Shown here: piece by piece, positions 56,485-64,000 of the stretch | How positions within the stretch are numbered: the stretch's first letter is position 1 | How the letters are laid out: every line of letters begins with the position of its first letter | DNA from: an uncultured Pseudomonadales bacterium | GTDB lineage: Bacteria > Patescibacteriota > Microgenomatia > UBA1400 > PJMF01 | Assembly (NCBI GenBank): GCA_964455555.1 | Contig: CAYVXV010000001.1 | Coordinates: 31,499-95,498 of the forward strand | Direction: 5' to 3' | DNA: 64,000 nucleotides | Notes under the pieces: generated by a model | Databases searched by the model: none | Told to the model about the DNA's origin: nothing | The model's input: the letters and a program-made list of their open reading frames with translations, nothing else | Translations under genes and position numbers: made by a program

Positions 56485-58269
56485 TTACTTCCGCTCCTCT
56501 ATTTCATCCTCCAACCGGTCGGCAAACTCCTCGGCATCAACAACTTCCTGCTCCCCGCTGTCGCGGCTGCGGACGGCAACTGTACCAGCTTCCTCTTCCT
56601 TGCCGCCGACTACGAGCATATAAGGCACTTTTTCATTCTGGGCATCGCGGATCTTTGCTGAGAGCCGTTCAGAGCGGTCGTCAAGCTCAACCCTAATCCC
56701 CTCTTCACGCAGAATCTCTGTAACTTTTTGGCCATACTCATTGAATTTGTCGGACACCGGCAGGACTTTTGCCTGCACTGGAGACAGCCAAGCCGGGAAC
56801 TTGCCAGCATAGTGCTCAATTAGGAAAGACATAAAACGCTCATGAACCGACAATGGCGCCCTGTGGATTACAAAAACCTCGTGGTTATGCTCGCCGGATT
56901 CATCAACGTAGCTCAGGCCAAAACGCTCCTTGGCGGCAAAGTCCAGCTGGATTGTGGACATCGTTTCCTCGCGGCCGATGGCTGACTTAAACTGAACATC
57001 TACTTTGGGCCCGTAGAAAGCTGCTTCATCCTCAGCCTCCACAAACGGCACTCCCATCTCCTCCAGCACTTCTCTCAAGACTTGCTCGGTGTAGTCCCAG
57101 TTTTCCGGTTCATTAAAATATTTGTCCGTATGTCCCGGACTCCACTTTGACAGCCGGAACCAGTAATCCTCAAGGCCAAAAATCTTGAAATAGTCCATGG
57201 TTAGCTCCATCACTGCCTTGAACTCATCCTTAACTTGGTCTTTGCGGCAGTAAATGTGGGCATCATTCATGGTCATGCTCCGGACCCGGAGCAGTCCTGC
57301 CAAGGTGCCGGACAACTCATTGCGGTAACAGGTGCCGTACTCAGCTATCCTGAGCGGAAGGTCTCGGTAGCTTTTGGGTGAATGCAGATAAATCTGATGA
57401 TGGTGCGGGCAGTTCATGGCCTTAAGATAATAAGCCGAATCATCCATTTCCATCCGCGGGTACATGCTGTCTGCATAGTAAGGCAAATGACCTGATTTGA
57501 GGAACAATTCTTCGCGAGCAATATGGGGTGTGCTCACCCTAACATAGCCTGCCGCCGCCTCTCTTTCTTTAGCCAGTTTTTCTATCTCATCCTTGATCAC
57601 TTGTCCTTTTGGCAGCCACATCACCAAGCCCTTGCCCACTGCTTCGTCAATAAAAAACAACTCCAACTCCTGGCCAATCTTGCGGTGATCCCGCTCTTTG
57701 GCTTCCTCGCGGAGCCTCAGGTGCTCTTCCAATTCTTCTTCACTAAAAAAGGCCGTGCCATAAATGCGGGTCAGCATGGTGTTCTTTTCGCTGCCGCGCC
57801 AATAAGCCCCCGCCAAAGACAACAACCTAAAGTGGTGCAGTGCCTCGGCAGGATTCTCAACATGACCGCCTCGGCAAAGGTCAACAAAACCGCCGGACTG
57901 GTAAAGCGTGATTTTCTCTCCCGCCTCGGCAAATTCATTTATTAACTCCTGTTTGTACTGATTGTTTTCATATCTGGAATCCGCCTCTTCCCTGCTGACT
58001 TCCAGCCTTTCAAAACCATGCCAGCCTTGGACCAACTCATGCATTTTGACCTCAATGGCAGGCAACTCACTGTCTGAGATTGGTTCGGCAAATTCAAAAT
58101 CATAATAGAAGCCGTCATCCGTGGCAGGGCCAATGGTTGGCTTTACCCCGGGATAAAGCTCGGTCACTGCCGCAGCCAAGAGGTGGGCGGCAGAATGCCT
58201 CAGCCGCTCCAGCCGGTCTTTTTCTTCCGGATTTTGCTGATGATGTAATTGATTTTCGTTGTCTGCCAT
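56485..58269 (-). CDS. thrS: Threonyl-tRNA synthetase lacking the N-terminal TGS (N1) domain
   Basis: ORF 56485..58296; the likely start is the second Met at 58269 (MADNENQL), which has an AAAGGA SD. Editing-domain HxxxH (RHSAAHLLAAAV), class II motifs (FRLSKW..., GTCYRNE, MNDAHIYC) and a C-terminal anticodon-binding domain. The protein begins where E. coli ThrRS residue ~62 aligns. Confidence 0.85.
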   Translation of the reverse strand: MADNENQLHHQQNPEEKDRLERLRHSAAHLLAAAVTELYPGVKPTIGPATDDGFYYDFEFAEPISDSELPAIEVKMHELVQGWHGFERLEVSREEADSRYENNQYKQELINEFAEAGEKITLYQSGGFVDLCRGGHVENPAEALHHFRLLSLAGAYWRGSEKNTMLTRIYGTAFFSEEELEEHLRLREEAKERDHRKIGQELELFFIDEAVGKGLVMWLPKGQVIKDEIEKLAKEREAAAGYVRVSTPHIAREELFLKSGHLPYYADSMYPRMEMDDSAYYLKAMNCPHHHQIYLHSPKSYRDLPLRIAEYGTCYRNELSGTLAGLLRVRSMTMNDAHIYCRKDQVKDEFKAVMELTMDYFKIFGLEDYWFRLSKWSPGHTDKYFNEPENWDYTEQVLREVLEEMGVPFVEAEDEAAFYGPKVDVQFKSAIGREETMSTIQLDFAAKERFGLSYVDESGEHNHEVFVIHRAPLSVHERFMSFLIEHYAGKFPAWLSPVQAKVLPVSDKFNEYGQKVTEILREEGIRVELDDRSERLSAKIRDAQNEKVPYMLVVGGKEEEAGTVAVRSRDSGEQEVVDAEEFADRLEDEIEERK

Positions 58270-58388
58270 AAATGTGTCCTTTCGGCTGTAATTCATTGTA
58301 ACATTGCAAAGTCTTTCGACGGGAATTGTTTTTGCCGATCCTGTTGATTTTTACCCACTTTCTCCTGCCTTTAGCAAAAAACTGCCCG

Positions 58389-58418
58389 GAAAACAAAAAG
58401 CCTCCCTGTTCAGGGAGG
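58389..58418 (-). terminator. Terminator/attenuator hairpin between the small ORF and thrS (minus strand)
   Basis: Minus-strand CCUCCCUG-AA-CAGGGAGG followed by CUUUUUGUUUU. Located ~140 nt downstream of the small ORF stop and ~95-125 nt upstream of the thrS start (exact distance depends on which thrS start is taken). Confidence 0.5.
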
Positions 58419-58560
58419 AAATCTGCAAGCCACGCAACTTCCCTCCCTAAACAGGGTTGGTAGTTGTAGTAATTTGCCTTAGGACTAGTTTCATTGCCAA
58501 GAAATTATAACACGGGAGTTGACCCAGTAATTTTTCCCAACAGAGTTTGCTTCAGATGAA

Positions 58561-58827
58561 CTACCGCTTCTTGCCAAGTTTTGCTTGAGGTTGCGAAGTA
58601 AGAATTTGCTTACCGCTGATCGCGCTGGTTGGATGGTCTACCCAAACCATGGACCGGTGAATTTTAAGTGTCTCTGCGAGGTCTTCCAACGACTCTCTGC
58701 TATAAGGTATGCTGGCTGCTTCTTCTTTCATGAATCCTTTCTGAATTCGGCGTATACTTTTTACTTTTAAGAGCAGGCTGGACGGTTTCTGCCGGCGGCG
58801 ATAACTAACCCCTGCTTTTTGCACCAT
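58561..58827 (-). CDS. Small hypothetical basic protein (88 aa) with a perfect SD
   Basis: AAAGGAGG SD 3 nt before the ATG at 58827; K/R-rich termini. No family recognised. Lies between thrS and the rplJ promoter region. Confidence 0.4.
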   Translation of the reverse strand: MVQKAGVSYRRRQKPSSLLLKVKSIRRIQKGFMKEEAASIPYSRESLEDLAETLKIHRSMVWVDHPTSAISGKQILTSQPQAKLGKKR

Positions 58828-58840
58828 AATCCTCCTTTAC

Positions 58841-58867
58841 TAAAAAACCTCCTGTTTAGAGGAGGTT
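58841..58867 (-). terminator. Terminator-like hairpin immediately 5-prime of the small ORF SD (minus strand): candidate attenuator / riboswitch expression platform
   Basis: Minus-strand AACCUCCU-CUAAAC-AGGAGGUU-UUUUAG-UAAAGGAGGAUU-AUG. Confidence 0.4.
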
Positions 58868-59061
58868 GTACTTGATACTGGTAGTGTGATGGCTACTCAA
58901 ATAAGCTACAACCCCGCTCGTTGCGAAGTTGAATGCACTTAATGGTGGCCACACACATGACTAACATTTGATAGAAATATAGCGCATGTGCAACTATTTT
59001 GCAATGAAGCACAGATATGTATATTCATTAAAAATCATGTAAATTTTTCGTATAGACACGA

Positions 59062-59089
59062 TTGCACTTTCCCCCAAGTATGCTATAAT
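59062..59089 (+). promoter_or_regulatory. Sigma70-like promoter for rplJ-rplL (TTGCAC-16 nt-TATAAT)
   Basis: Near-consensus -35 TTGCAC (59062-59067) and consensus -10 TATAAT (59084-59089), about 210 nt upstream of rplJ. This leaves room for a structured L10 leader. Confidence 0.45.
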
Positions 59090-59222
59090 CTCTCTGTTGT
59101 CCAAAGACAGCGTGCAGTCAGCCCAGGCAGACAGAAGCCACGCCGAGGATCAAAAAAGCGCCTTGCGAGCCTACCCTGCGTGTTCCGCGCTTTATCTTTA
59201 AGTCTTTGTACAACACAGTAAA

Positions 59223-59250
59223 CAGCTGTGTTTTTTCTTTTCATCACAGC
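59223..59250 (+). terminator. Attenuator-type terminator hairpin in the rplJ leader (ACACAG-loop-CTGTGT followed by TTTTTTCTTTT)
   Basis: 6-bp perfect stem with a 7-nt loop and a U-run, about 50 nt upstream of the rplJ start codon. Consistent with known L10(L12)4 leader attenuation. Confidence 0.45.
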
Positions 59251-59297
59251 TTCAAACACTAAGTAAAACAAGTTTATTTATAGGCAAGGAAATCATT

Positions 59298-59813
59298 ATG
59301 CCAAGCAAAAAAAACGAGCAGCAAGTAGAGATCATTAAAGAGAAGTTGGCCGGCGCCAAATCAGCTACCATTGTTGATTATTCCGGCACCACCGTGAACG
59401 ACCAAGTTAAGCTCCGCAGTGAGCTTAAAAAAGCCGGTGGAGAGATGTTTGTGACCAAGAACACCTTAATCGACTTAGCAGTCGGAAAAGGCAAGCTCAG
59501 CGAGTCGCTGACAGGCATGAATGCCCTAATCCTCTCATATGAAGATGCAGTTGCGGCGGTTAAAGCTCTTTTTGACTTCCAAAAGGAAACTGAGAAGCTT
59601 TCAATCAAGCAGGGCTGGATGGACAGCGAGGTCCTTTCCGCCGAGCAAGTTGAGGCCTTGAGCAAACTGCCGTCCAAGACTGAGCTTATCGGCATGTTGA
59701 TGTCGCGCCTTCAAGGCCCGGCATATGGCTTAGTCAACGTCCTTCAGGGTTCACAGCGCAATTTAGTCTATGCCCTCCAGGCTATTGCTGACAAAAAAGG
59801 ATCTGAAGCCTAA
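59298..59813 (+). CDS. rplJ: 50S ribosomal protein uL10
   Basis: 171 aa. ...[47 protein letters not shown] is typical uL10. Followed by rplL. Confidence 0.85.
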   Translation: MPSKKNEQQVEIIKEKLAGAKSATIVDYSGTTVNDQVKLRSELKKAGGEMFVTKNTLIDLAVGKGKLSESLTGMNALILSYEDAVAAVKALFDFQKETEKLSIKQGWMDSEVLSAEQVEALSKLPSKTELIGMLMSRLQGPAYGLVNVLQGSQRNLVYALQAIADKKGSEA

Positions 59814-59876
59814 TTAATGTAGTTAAAAGTACAAAGTAGCCCCACCGGGAAGTAATAAATACAAGAAAGGAAATAT

Positions 59877-60281
59877 ATGGCAGACGAAGCAACAAAATTA
59901 TCTGGCAAAGTCCAGAAACTCGTCGACGCAGTCAAGGAACTTTCCCTTATGGAAGTTTCTGAGCTAGTCAAAGCCCTTGAAGAGGAATTCGGCGTCAGTG
60001 CCGCAGCCCCTATGATGGCCGCACCAGCAGCAGCCGCAGGCGAAGCAGCCGCAGCCGCTGAGGAAAAAGATGAGTTTGACGTCATCCTCAAAGATGCCGG
60101 CTCAAACAAAATCGGTGCTATCAAGGCTGTCCGCCAGCTCAAACCTGAGCTTGGTCTAGGTGAAGCCAAAACCTTCGTTGAGTCCACCCCCAAGACTGTT
60201 CTTGAAGGTGCCAAGAAGGAAGACGCAGAAGCCGCCAAGAAAACCCTCGAAGAGGCAGGCGCTGTTGTTGAGCTTAAATAA
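59877..60281 (+). CDS. rplL: 50S ribosomal protein bL12 (L7/L12)
   Basis: 134 aa. N-terminal dimerisation helix, Ala/Pro hinge ([23 protein letters not shown]), C-terminal domain ...[11 protein letters not shown]...[11 protein letters not shown]...VELK. Confidence 0.9.
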   Translation: MADEATKLSGKVQKLVDAVKELSLMEVSELVKALEEEFGVSAAAPMMAAPAAAAGEAAAAAEEKDEFDVILKDAGSNKIGAIKAVRQLKPELGLGEAKTFVESTPKTVLEGAKKEDAEAAKKTLEEAGAVVELK

Positions 60282-60336
60282 TCCCCCGCCACTTGGCGAC
60301 AGGCTTTTTAACTCAGCAAACTATTGCTAGAACATG

Positions 60337-60365
60337 AAACCCCCCGCTTGCGGGGGGTTTTTGTT
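60337..60365 (+). terminator. Rho-independent terminator after rplL
   Basis: AAACCCCCCGC-TTGC-GGGGGGTTTTTG, about 55 nt after the rplL stop. Confidence 0.7.
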
Positions 60366-60825
60366 GGTTTATAGCGCAAAAAACAAAAAAACAAGGCTCT
60401 AAAACAGCTCCTCATACTCCTAATTTGGGCTCTTACGGCTCATTTTTCAAACCGAAACAGTGTCATTTTGTCATACACTTGGCTATTTTAAAAAAGTTTT
60501 CCACACTATTTTTCTATAGGCTTTAACTTTATTTACTATAGGTTTTTTTTGTGGATATCTAGCTTTGACCAAGAACTTTATATTTGCTTTTTCCAGAGGA
60601 AAACCAGGAGAAAAACTGGCTCAAACAAGTGCATTTTCCCTATTGACCCACTTCATGACAGTCTGCTACGTTAAATACAACTTACAAGGTGTTTGAACTA
60701 ATTTAACTGGCTATTAGTCCGCCCTCTTTTAGCCAGTTTTTTAAAGAACCCAAGACTTTAGCCTGTAAGCCAAGTATCAGTATTAATTACTAACAATTTA
60801 TAAGTGCGGAAAGGAAAGTGCGCCC

Positions 60826-61140
60826 ATGTCTGACACAACTGCCATGACATCACCGGTAACCAACCAGTCGCTTGCTGACCAGCAGCGAGCAGCTTTAGCA
60901 GAAGACCAAAAGAGGACTGGACGGGCTGATGATGCTAACAGACTCGATATCAACAACCTTCCTGACCTGCTGACCGTCAGGGAAGTAGCTGACCTTCTCA
61001 GAGTCTCACCCCTGACCATCAAACGCTGGGGCAAACGAGGCAAGCTGCCTGCCATCAGGATCAATTCCCGAGGAGACAGGCGCTACAAGAAGGAATCCGT
61101 ACTCTGGCTGCTGGGCATTACGCCTGGGGATGACGAGTAA
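60826..61140 (+). CDS. Excisionase/MerR-type helix-turn-helix DNA-binding protein (HTH_17-like)
   Basis: 104 aa. LTVREVADLLRVSPLTIKRWGKRGKLPAIRINSRGDRRYKKESVLWL fits the excisionase-family HTH pattern (L-T-x-x-E-x-A-x-x-L-x-V-S-x-x-T-x-x-R-W...G-x-x-R-Y). Confidence 0.55.
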   Translation: MSDTTAMTSPVTNQSLADQQRAALAEDQKRTGRADDANRLDINNLPDLLTVREVADLLRVSPLTIKRWGKRGKLPAIRINSRGDRRYKKESVLWLLGITPGDDE

Positions 61141-61159
61141 GTTTCTTTAATTAAAACAG

Positions 61160-61188
61160 AAACCGCCCCTGAAACGGGGCGGTTTTTT
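61160..61188. terminator. Bidirectional terminator between the HTH gene (+) and the WecB/TagA gene (-)
   Basis: AAACCGCCCC-TGAAA-CGGGGCGGTTTTTT. Confidence 0.65.
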
Positions 61189-61200
61189 ATTTTTATAACT

Positions 61201-62034
61201 TCAGAGTTTAAATAATTCTTTTAATGTCAGCCAGCTAAACTTGACTAATTTTAACTGCCTTCTCCACCGCCAGGGTTCCTGCAGCAAACGGTACAGCCAT
61301 TCCAACCCTAACCGCCTGACAAATGCCGGCGCCCGGTTTAGTTTGCCAAAGAGCATATCAAAAGCGCCGCCTACGGCCATAACCACTAAAACTCCTTCTT
61401 TCTCGAGAAATGGTTTATTTTGGCAGATCCAATATTCCTGGTGCGGCGCGCCAAATGCAGCAAAAACAACCGCCGGCTTCAGCTGGCTGATTAAGCTATG
61501 AACTGCTTGCTGCTCGGCTTCTGCCGGCTGAGAAACTTGGCTAAAGCCAGGGGTCCAAACTATAGCTGCGTCCTTTCCGGCGGAAATCGGCAATTTTAGC
61601 TCGAACACCTCAATTTCTAGGTTGGGAAAGAGCCGGCGGCTTGCCGGCTGCAGTTTTTCATAGCCCCGGCCGCCCAAAATTAAGACGCTGCGATCATGCT
61701 GGTTGGCAATTTTCAAAATTTCAGCAGCTAAATCAACGCCAGCGATCCTCTTTTTTAGCGGTTTTGAGCCTTTTAAAGCGAGCAAACGGGAGGCAAAAAC
61801 CAGTCCAACACCGTCGGGAGCCAAAATATCGGCAGAACCCAAACAGGAAGCAAAAGTTTGAAGCTCTGAAGCGAGCGCAATTTGTTCAGGGTTGGGGGTA
61901 AAAATGGTCAGCGGAGTCCTTTTTTCAGAGGTGGAAGCTGATATTTGTTTCTCTATAATTTTTAGCAGAGCATTGCGTTGACTGCCAAAAATGCCTAGAT
62001 TGAATATTTTAGCCGATTTATAGGTATTTTTCAT
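61201..62034 (-). CDS. WecB/TagA/CpsF-family glycosyltransferase (N-acetylmannosaminyl/ManNAcA transferase family)
   Basis: 277 aa. ILAPDGVGLVFASRLL contains the family PDG(V/I)G motif. Length and layout are typical of TagA-like enzymes. Confidence 0.75.
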   Translation of the reverse strand: MKNTYKSAKIFNLGIFGSQRNALLKIIEKQISASTSEKRTPLTIFTPNPEQIALASELQTFASCLGSADILAPDGVGLVFASRLLALKGSKPLKKRIAGVDLAAEILKIANQHDRSVLILGGRGYEKLQPASRRLFPNLEIEVFELKLPISAGKDAAIVWTPGFSQVSQPAEAEQQAVHSLISQLKPAVVFAAFGAPHQEYWICQNKPFLEKEGVLVVMAVGGAFDMLFGKLNRAPAFVRRLGLEWLYRLLQEPWRWRRQLKLVKFSWLTLKELFKL

Positions 62035-62549
62035 GGTACCTTACCAAAAAACATTTTTTTATTAGTTTAATCAATTACCCAAAAGAAATCGTCGTTTTAT
62101 TCTGGTTTACAAGTTTCTTGCAAGTCTCACATGCTATTATGACACCTTCAAAGCTAAGTTGCCAATTTAGCTGCTCTCGCACGCCCCTCCGATTCGGTCT
62201 ATTTATGCTGAACTTAGGCTCTACCGTCCCTTGGGCAAAGAGAAGGCGAACATTGGCGCAGTTTGATGAACTGTTTTTTTCGCTTCCTGCCTCCAAATCA
62301 AAGTGAAATCTTTCACTTTTTTCAACATATTGAACACAGTTTTTTAAGGCATTTTACTCAAAATTTATCAATTCTTTATTCTTTCCGTTTCAAAATGTAC
62401 TCAGTCCCAAATTCCGCCTAATTTCTAACTATATCAGCGTGTCAAAAAGCGGCTTTTCCTGCAGTTTTGGAGCAGGAAAAATCAGCAATCTCCGGCTTAC
62501 GAAAACTGCGGTAAGATGCATATTGCGGGAGGATACATTATAATGATTT

Positions 62550-63983
62550 TTGATGCCTAATTTACGAGACCTAAGGGAACAGCACCCCCGTTTTTACTAC
62601 CGAGATTACTCCTGGGAACTCGAGCCTGAAGGTTTAAAATTATCCTTTCACTTCGAGCTGGAACCGGGCATTCATTTCCGGCCTACCATGACCATTCTAG
62701 GCGTAAGCCAGGATGTCATGGCCAGGCTTAACCCTAAAGAGATTGATCTGGCTGCATTTAACATTGGTATGGCTGAGCTTTTCAGCTACTGGAAAACTGC
62801 TGCTTCCCCGGAGATTATTATTGAAGCTGCTCCCCTCAGCAGCGAGCAGCTTGCCTGGTGGCACGACCTTTTAATCCAAGGCATGGGTGAGTATTTCTTT
62901 GTTAACCGGATTGACTTTACTGACCCCGGCTTTGTTAAATTTGTCAGCGCTTCAACAAAAGACCCGGCTGGCCAACCGCAAAACAGCCAGAGATCTACCC
63001 CAAGCCAGAATGTCCTTATACCCCTTGGAGGCGGCAAGGACTCAGTCACCACCCTAGAGCTTTATAGGGAAATAGCTGACGAGGGACGCAAACTGGCTTG
63101 TTTTTTTGTTAACCCAACCCAGGCTGCCAGGGATATAGCCAGGGAAAGCGGCGTCCAAGCAATCGAAGCCTCCAGAACACTAGACCTGAAAATGCTTGAG
63201 CTTAATAGTCAGGGCTACCTCAACGGCCACGTACCCATTTCTGCCCTATTTGCTTTTACCAGCGTCTTGGCCGCCAGGTTGTTTGGCTTTGGTTTTATAG
63301 CGATTTCCAATGAGCGCAGCTCCAATGAGGGCAATGTCTGGTTTCACGACAGGGAAATTAATCACCAATATTCCAAAACCTTCGAGTTCGAACAAAAGTT
63401 CCAACAATACATCAGGGATTACTATCCGCCTGATTCGCCTCTGTACTTTTCATACCTGCGCCCAATCTATGAATTGCAAATAGCCGGCATTTTTGCCGAC
63501 TACAAGAGCTATCACCACGACTTTCGCAGCTGTAATGCCGGCCAAAAAACCAACAGCTGGTGCGGCCAATGCCCCAAATGCCTTTTTGCCTACACAATCC
63601 TTTACCCTTTTCTCGAGACAAAACACCTTGATGGCTTATTTGGCAAAAACCTCTTCTCGGATGAAAACCTGCTGCCCCTAGCCTTAGAACTGGCAGGTGC
63701 CGGTGAACAAAAGCCGCTCGAGTGTGTCGGCACTCATGAAGAAACCATTGCCGCCTTTCATTTGTCCTGGAAAAAACATCAGGCTGACCCCTCAACCCAG
63801 CCCGTGCTTCTCAAGTTGGTGTATGAAACGGTTTTGGCCAACGAGGCTGGCCTGGATGCCAGGGCAGCTGCCATTTTATCTGCCTGGAATGACCAACATA
63901 CCATCCCGGAAAAAACCTGGGAAGAAAAGCTGAGGGAAAAAATAGCCGGACTTGACCAGAAAATTATCAATGGTGGCATTTGA
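62550..63983 (+). CDS. PP-loop (adenine nucleotide alpha-hydrolase superfamily) ATPase-like protein with N-terminal unknown domain and C-terminal Cys cluster
   Basis: 477 aa. VLIPLGGGKDSVTT resembles the SGGxDS PP-loop at ~residue 158. C-terminal FRSCNAGQKTNSWCGQCPKC (C-x10-C-x2-C-x2-C) resembles QueC/TtcA-type zinc sites. Confidence 0.45.
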   Translation: MMPNLRDLREQHPRFYYRDYSWELEPEGLKLSFHFELEPGIHFRPTMTILGVSQDVMARLNPKEIDLAAFNIGMAELFSYWKTAASPEIIIEAAPLSSEQLAWWHDLLIQGMGEYFFVNRIDFTDPGFVKFVSASTKDPAGQPQNSQRSTPSQNVLIPLGGGKDSVTTLELYREIADEGRKLACFFVNPTQAARDIARESGVQAIEASRTLDLKMLELNSQGYLNGHVPISALFAFTSVLAARLFGFGFIAISNERSSNEGNVWFHDREINHQYSKTFEFEQKFQQYIRDYYPPDSPLYFSYLRPIYELQIAGIFADYKSYHHDFRSCNAGQKTNSWCGQCPKCLFAYTILYPFLETKHLDGLFGKNLFSDENLLPLALELAGAGEQKPLECVGTHEETIAAFHLSWKKHQADPSTQPVLLKLVYETVLANEAGLDARAAAILSAWNDQHTIPEKTWEEKLREKIAGLDQKIINGGI

Positions 63984-64000
63984 ACTATGAAATTTGAACT

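Noticed and set aside
58297-58560. T-box riboswitch upstream of thrS
   Set aside because: There is a terminator-like hairpin with a U-run, but no recognisable T-box consensus (AGGGUGGNACCGCG) or specifier-loop layout by eye. Left as a generic attenuator candidate.
60363-60825. tmRNA or 6S RNA in the AT-rich spacer after rplL
   Set aside because: No tRNA-like acceptor/T-arm with CCA end and no extended imperfect duplex typical of 6S RNA is visible. The region is simply AT-rich with short direct repeats.

Overview
The window reads as a contiguous chromosomal stretch from a small-genome bacterium. Coding density is very high, genes are short, most lie on the minus strand, and many acidic or low-complexity hypothetical proteins sit between core genes. 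That pattern resembles Patescibacteria/CPR-like genomes, but the lineage is inference only. I found no rRNA, no CRISPR array and no clear transposase or integrase.

Recognisable content, in order:
- Edge and early genes: a partial HtrA-like protease at the window start, then an S41 C-terminal processing protease, rpsF-ssb-rpsR and ychF.
- A phosphoribosyltransferase, a short RecD/Dda-like helicase, purA, and a roughly 1220-aa low-complexity protein with an internal duplication.
- cysS, hpf and recR, then a tight dTMP/nucleotide-hygiene cluster: tmk, a MazG-like protein, dut, a DHFR-like gene, a TagD/RfaE-like nucleotidyltransferase, a dCMP deaminase with an unknown N-terminal domain, a HIT protein, thyA and nadD.
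- topA, dprA, a Mur-ligase-like gene, PBP2 with mreD, mreC and a divergent mreB, an O-antigen-ligase/TPR membrane protein, a GNAT gene, def-fmt, rpmB, an M50 protease, an MBL hydrolase, galU, an Amidase_3, and an SDR-type tdh + kbl threonine-degradation pair beside a divergent FabH-like condensing enzyme.
- Four uncharacterised genes next to tRNA-Trp, a GT-B-like glycosyltransferase, rpmG, and a tRNA-Thr(UGU)/tRNA-Tyr/tRNA-Thr(GGU) cluster.
- A second galU paralog and a Cys-rich triple-repeat membrane protein with a proline-rich PPxY tail.
- secE-nusG-rplK-rplA, an antisense TGS-less thrS inserted before rplJ-rplL, an excisionase-type HTH gene, a WecB/TagA transferase, and a PP-loop ATPase-like protein with a Cys cluster.

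Several rho-independent terminators, an rplJ promoter and leader attenuator, and a few candidate cis-regulatory hairpins are visible.

I did not find a single clear-cut novel system. The findings are flagged candidates, not established.
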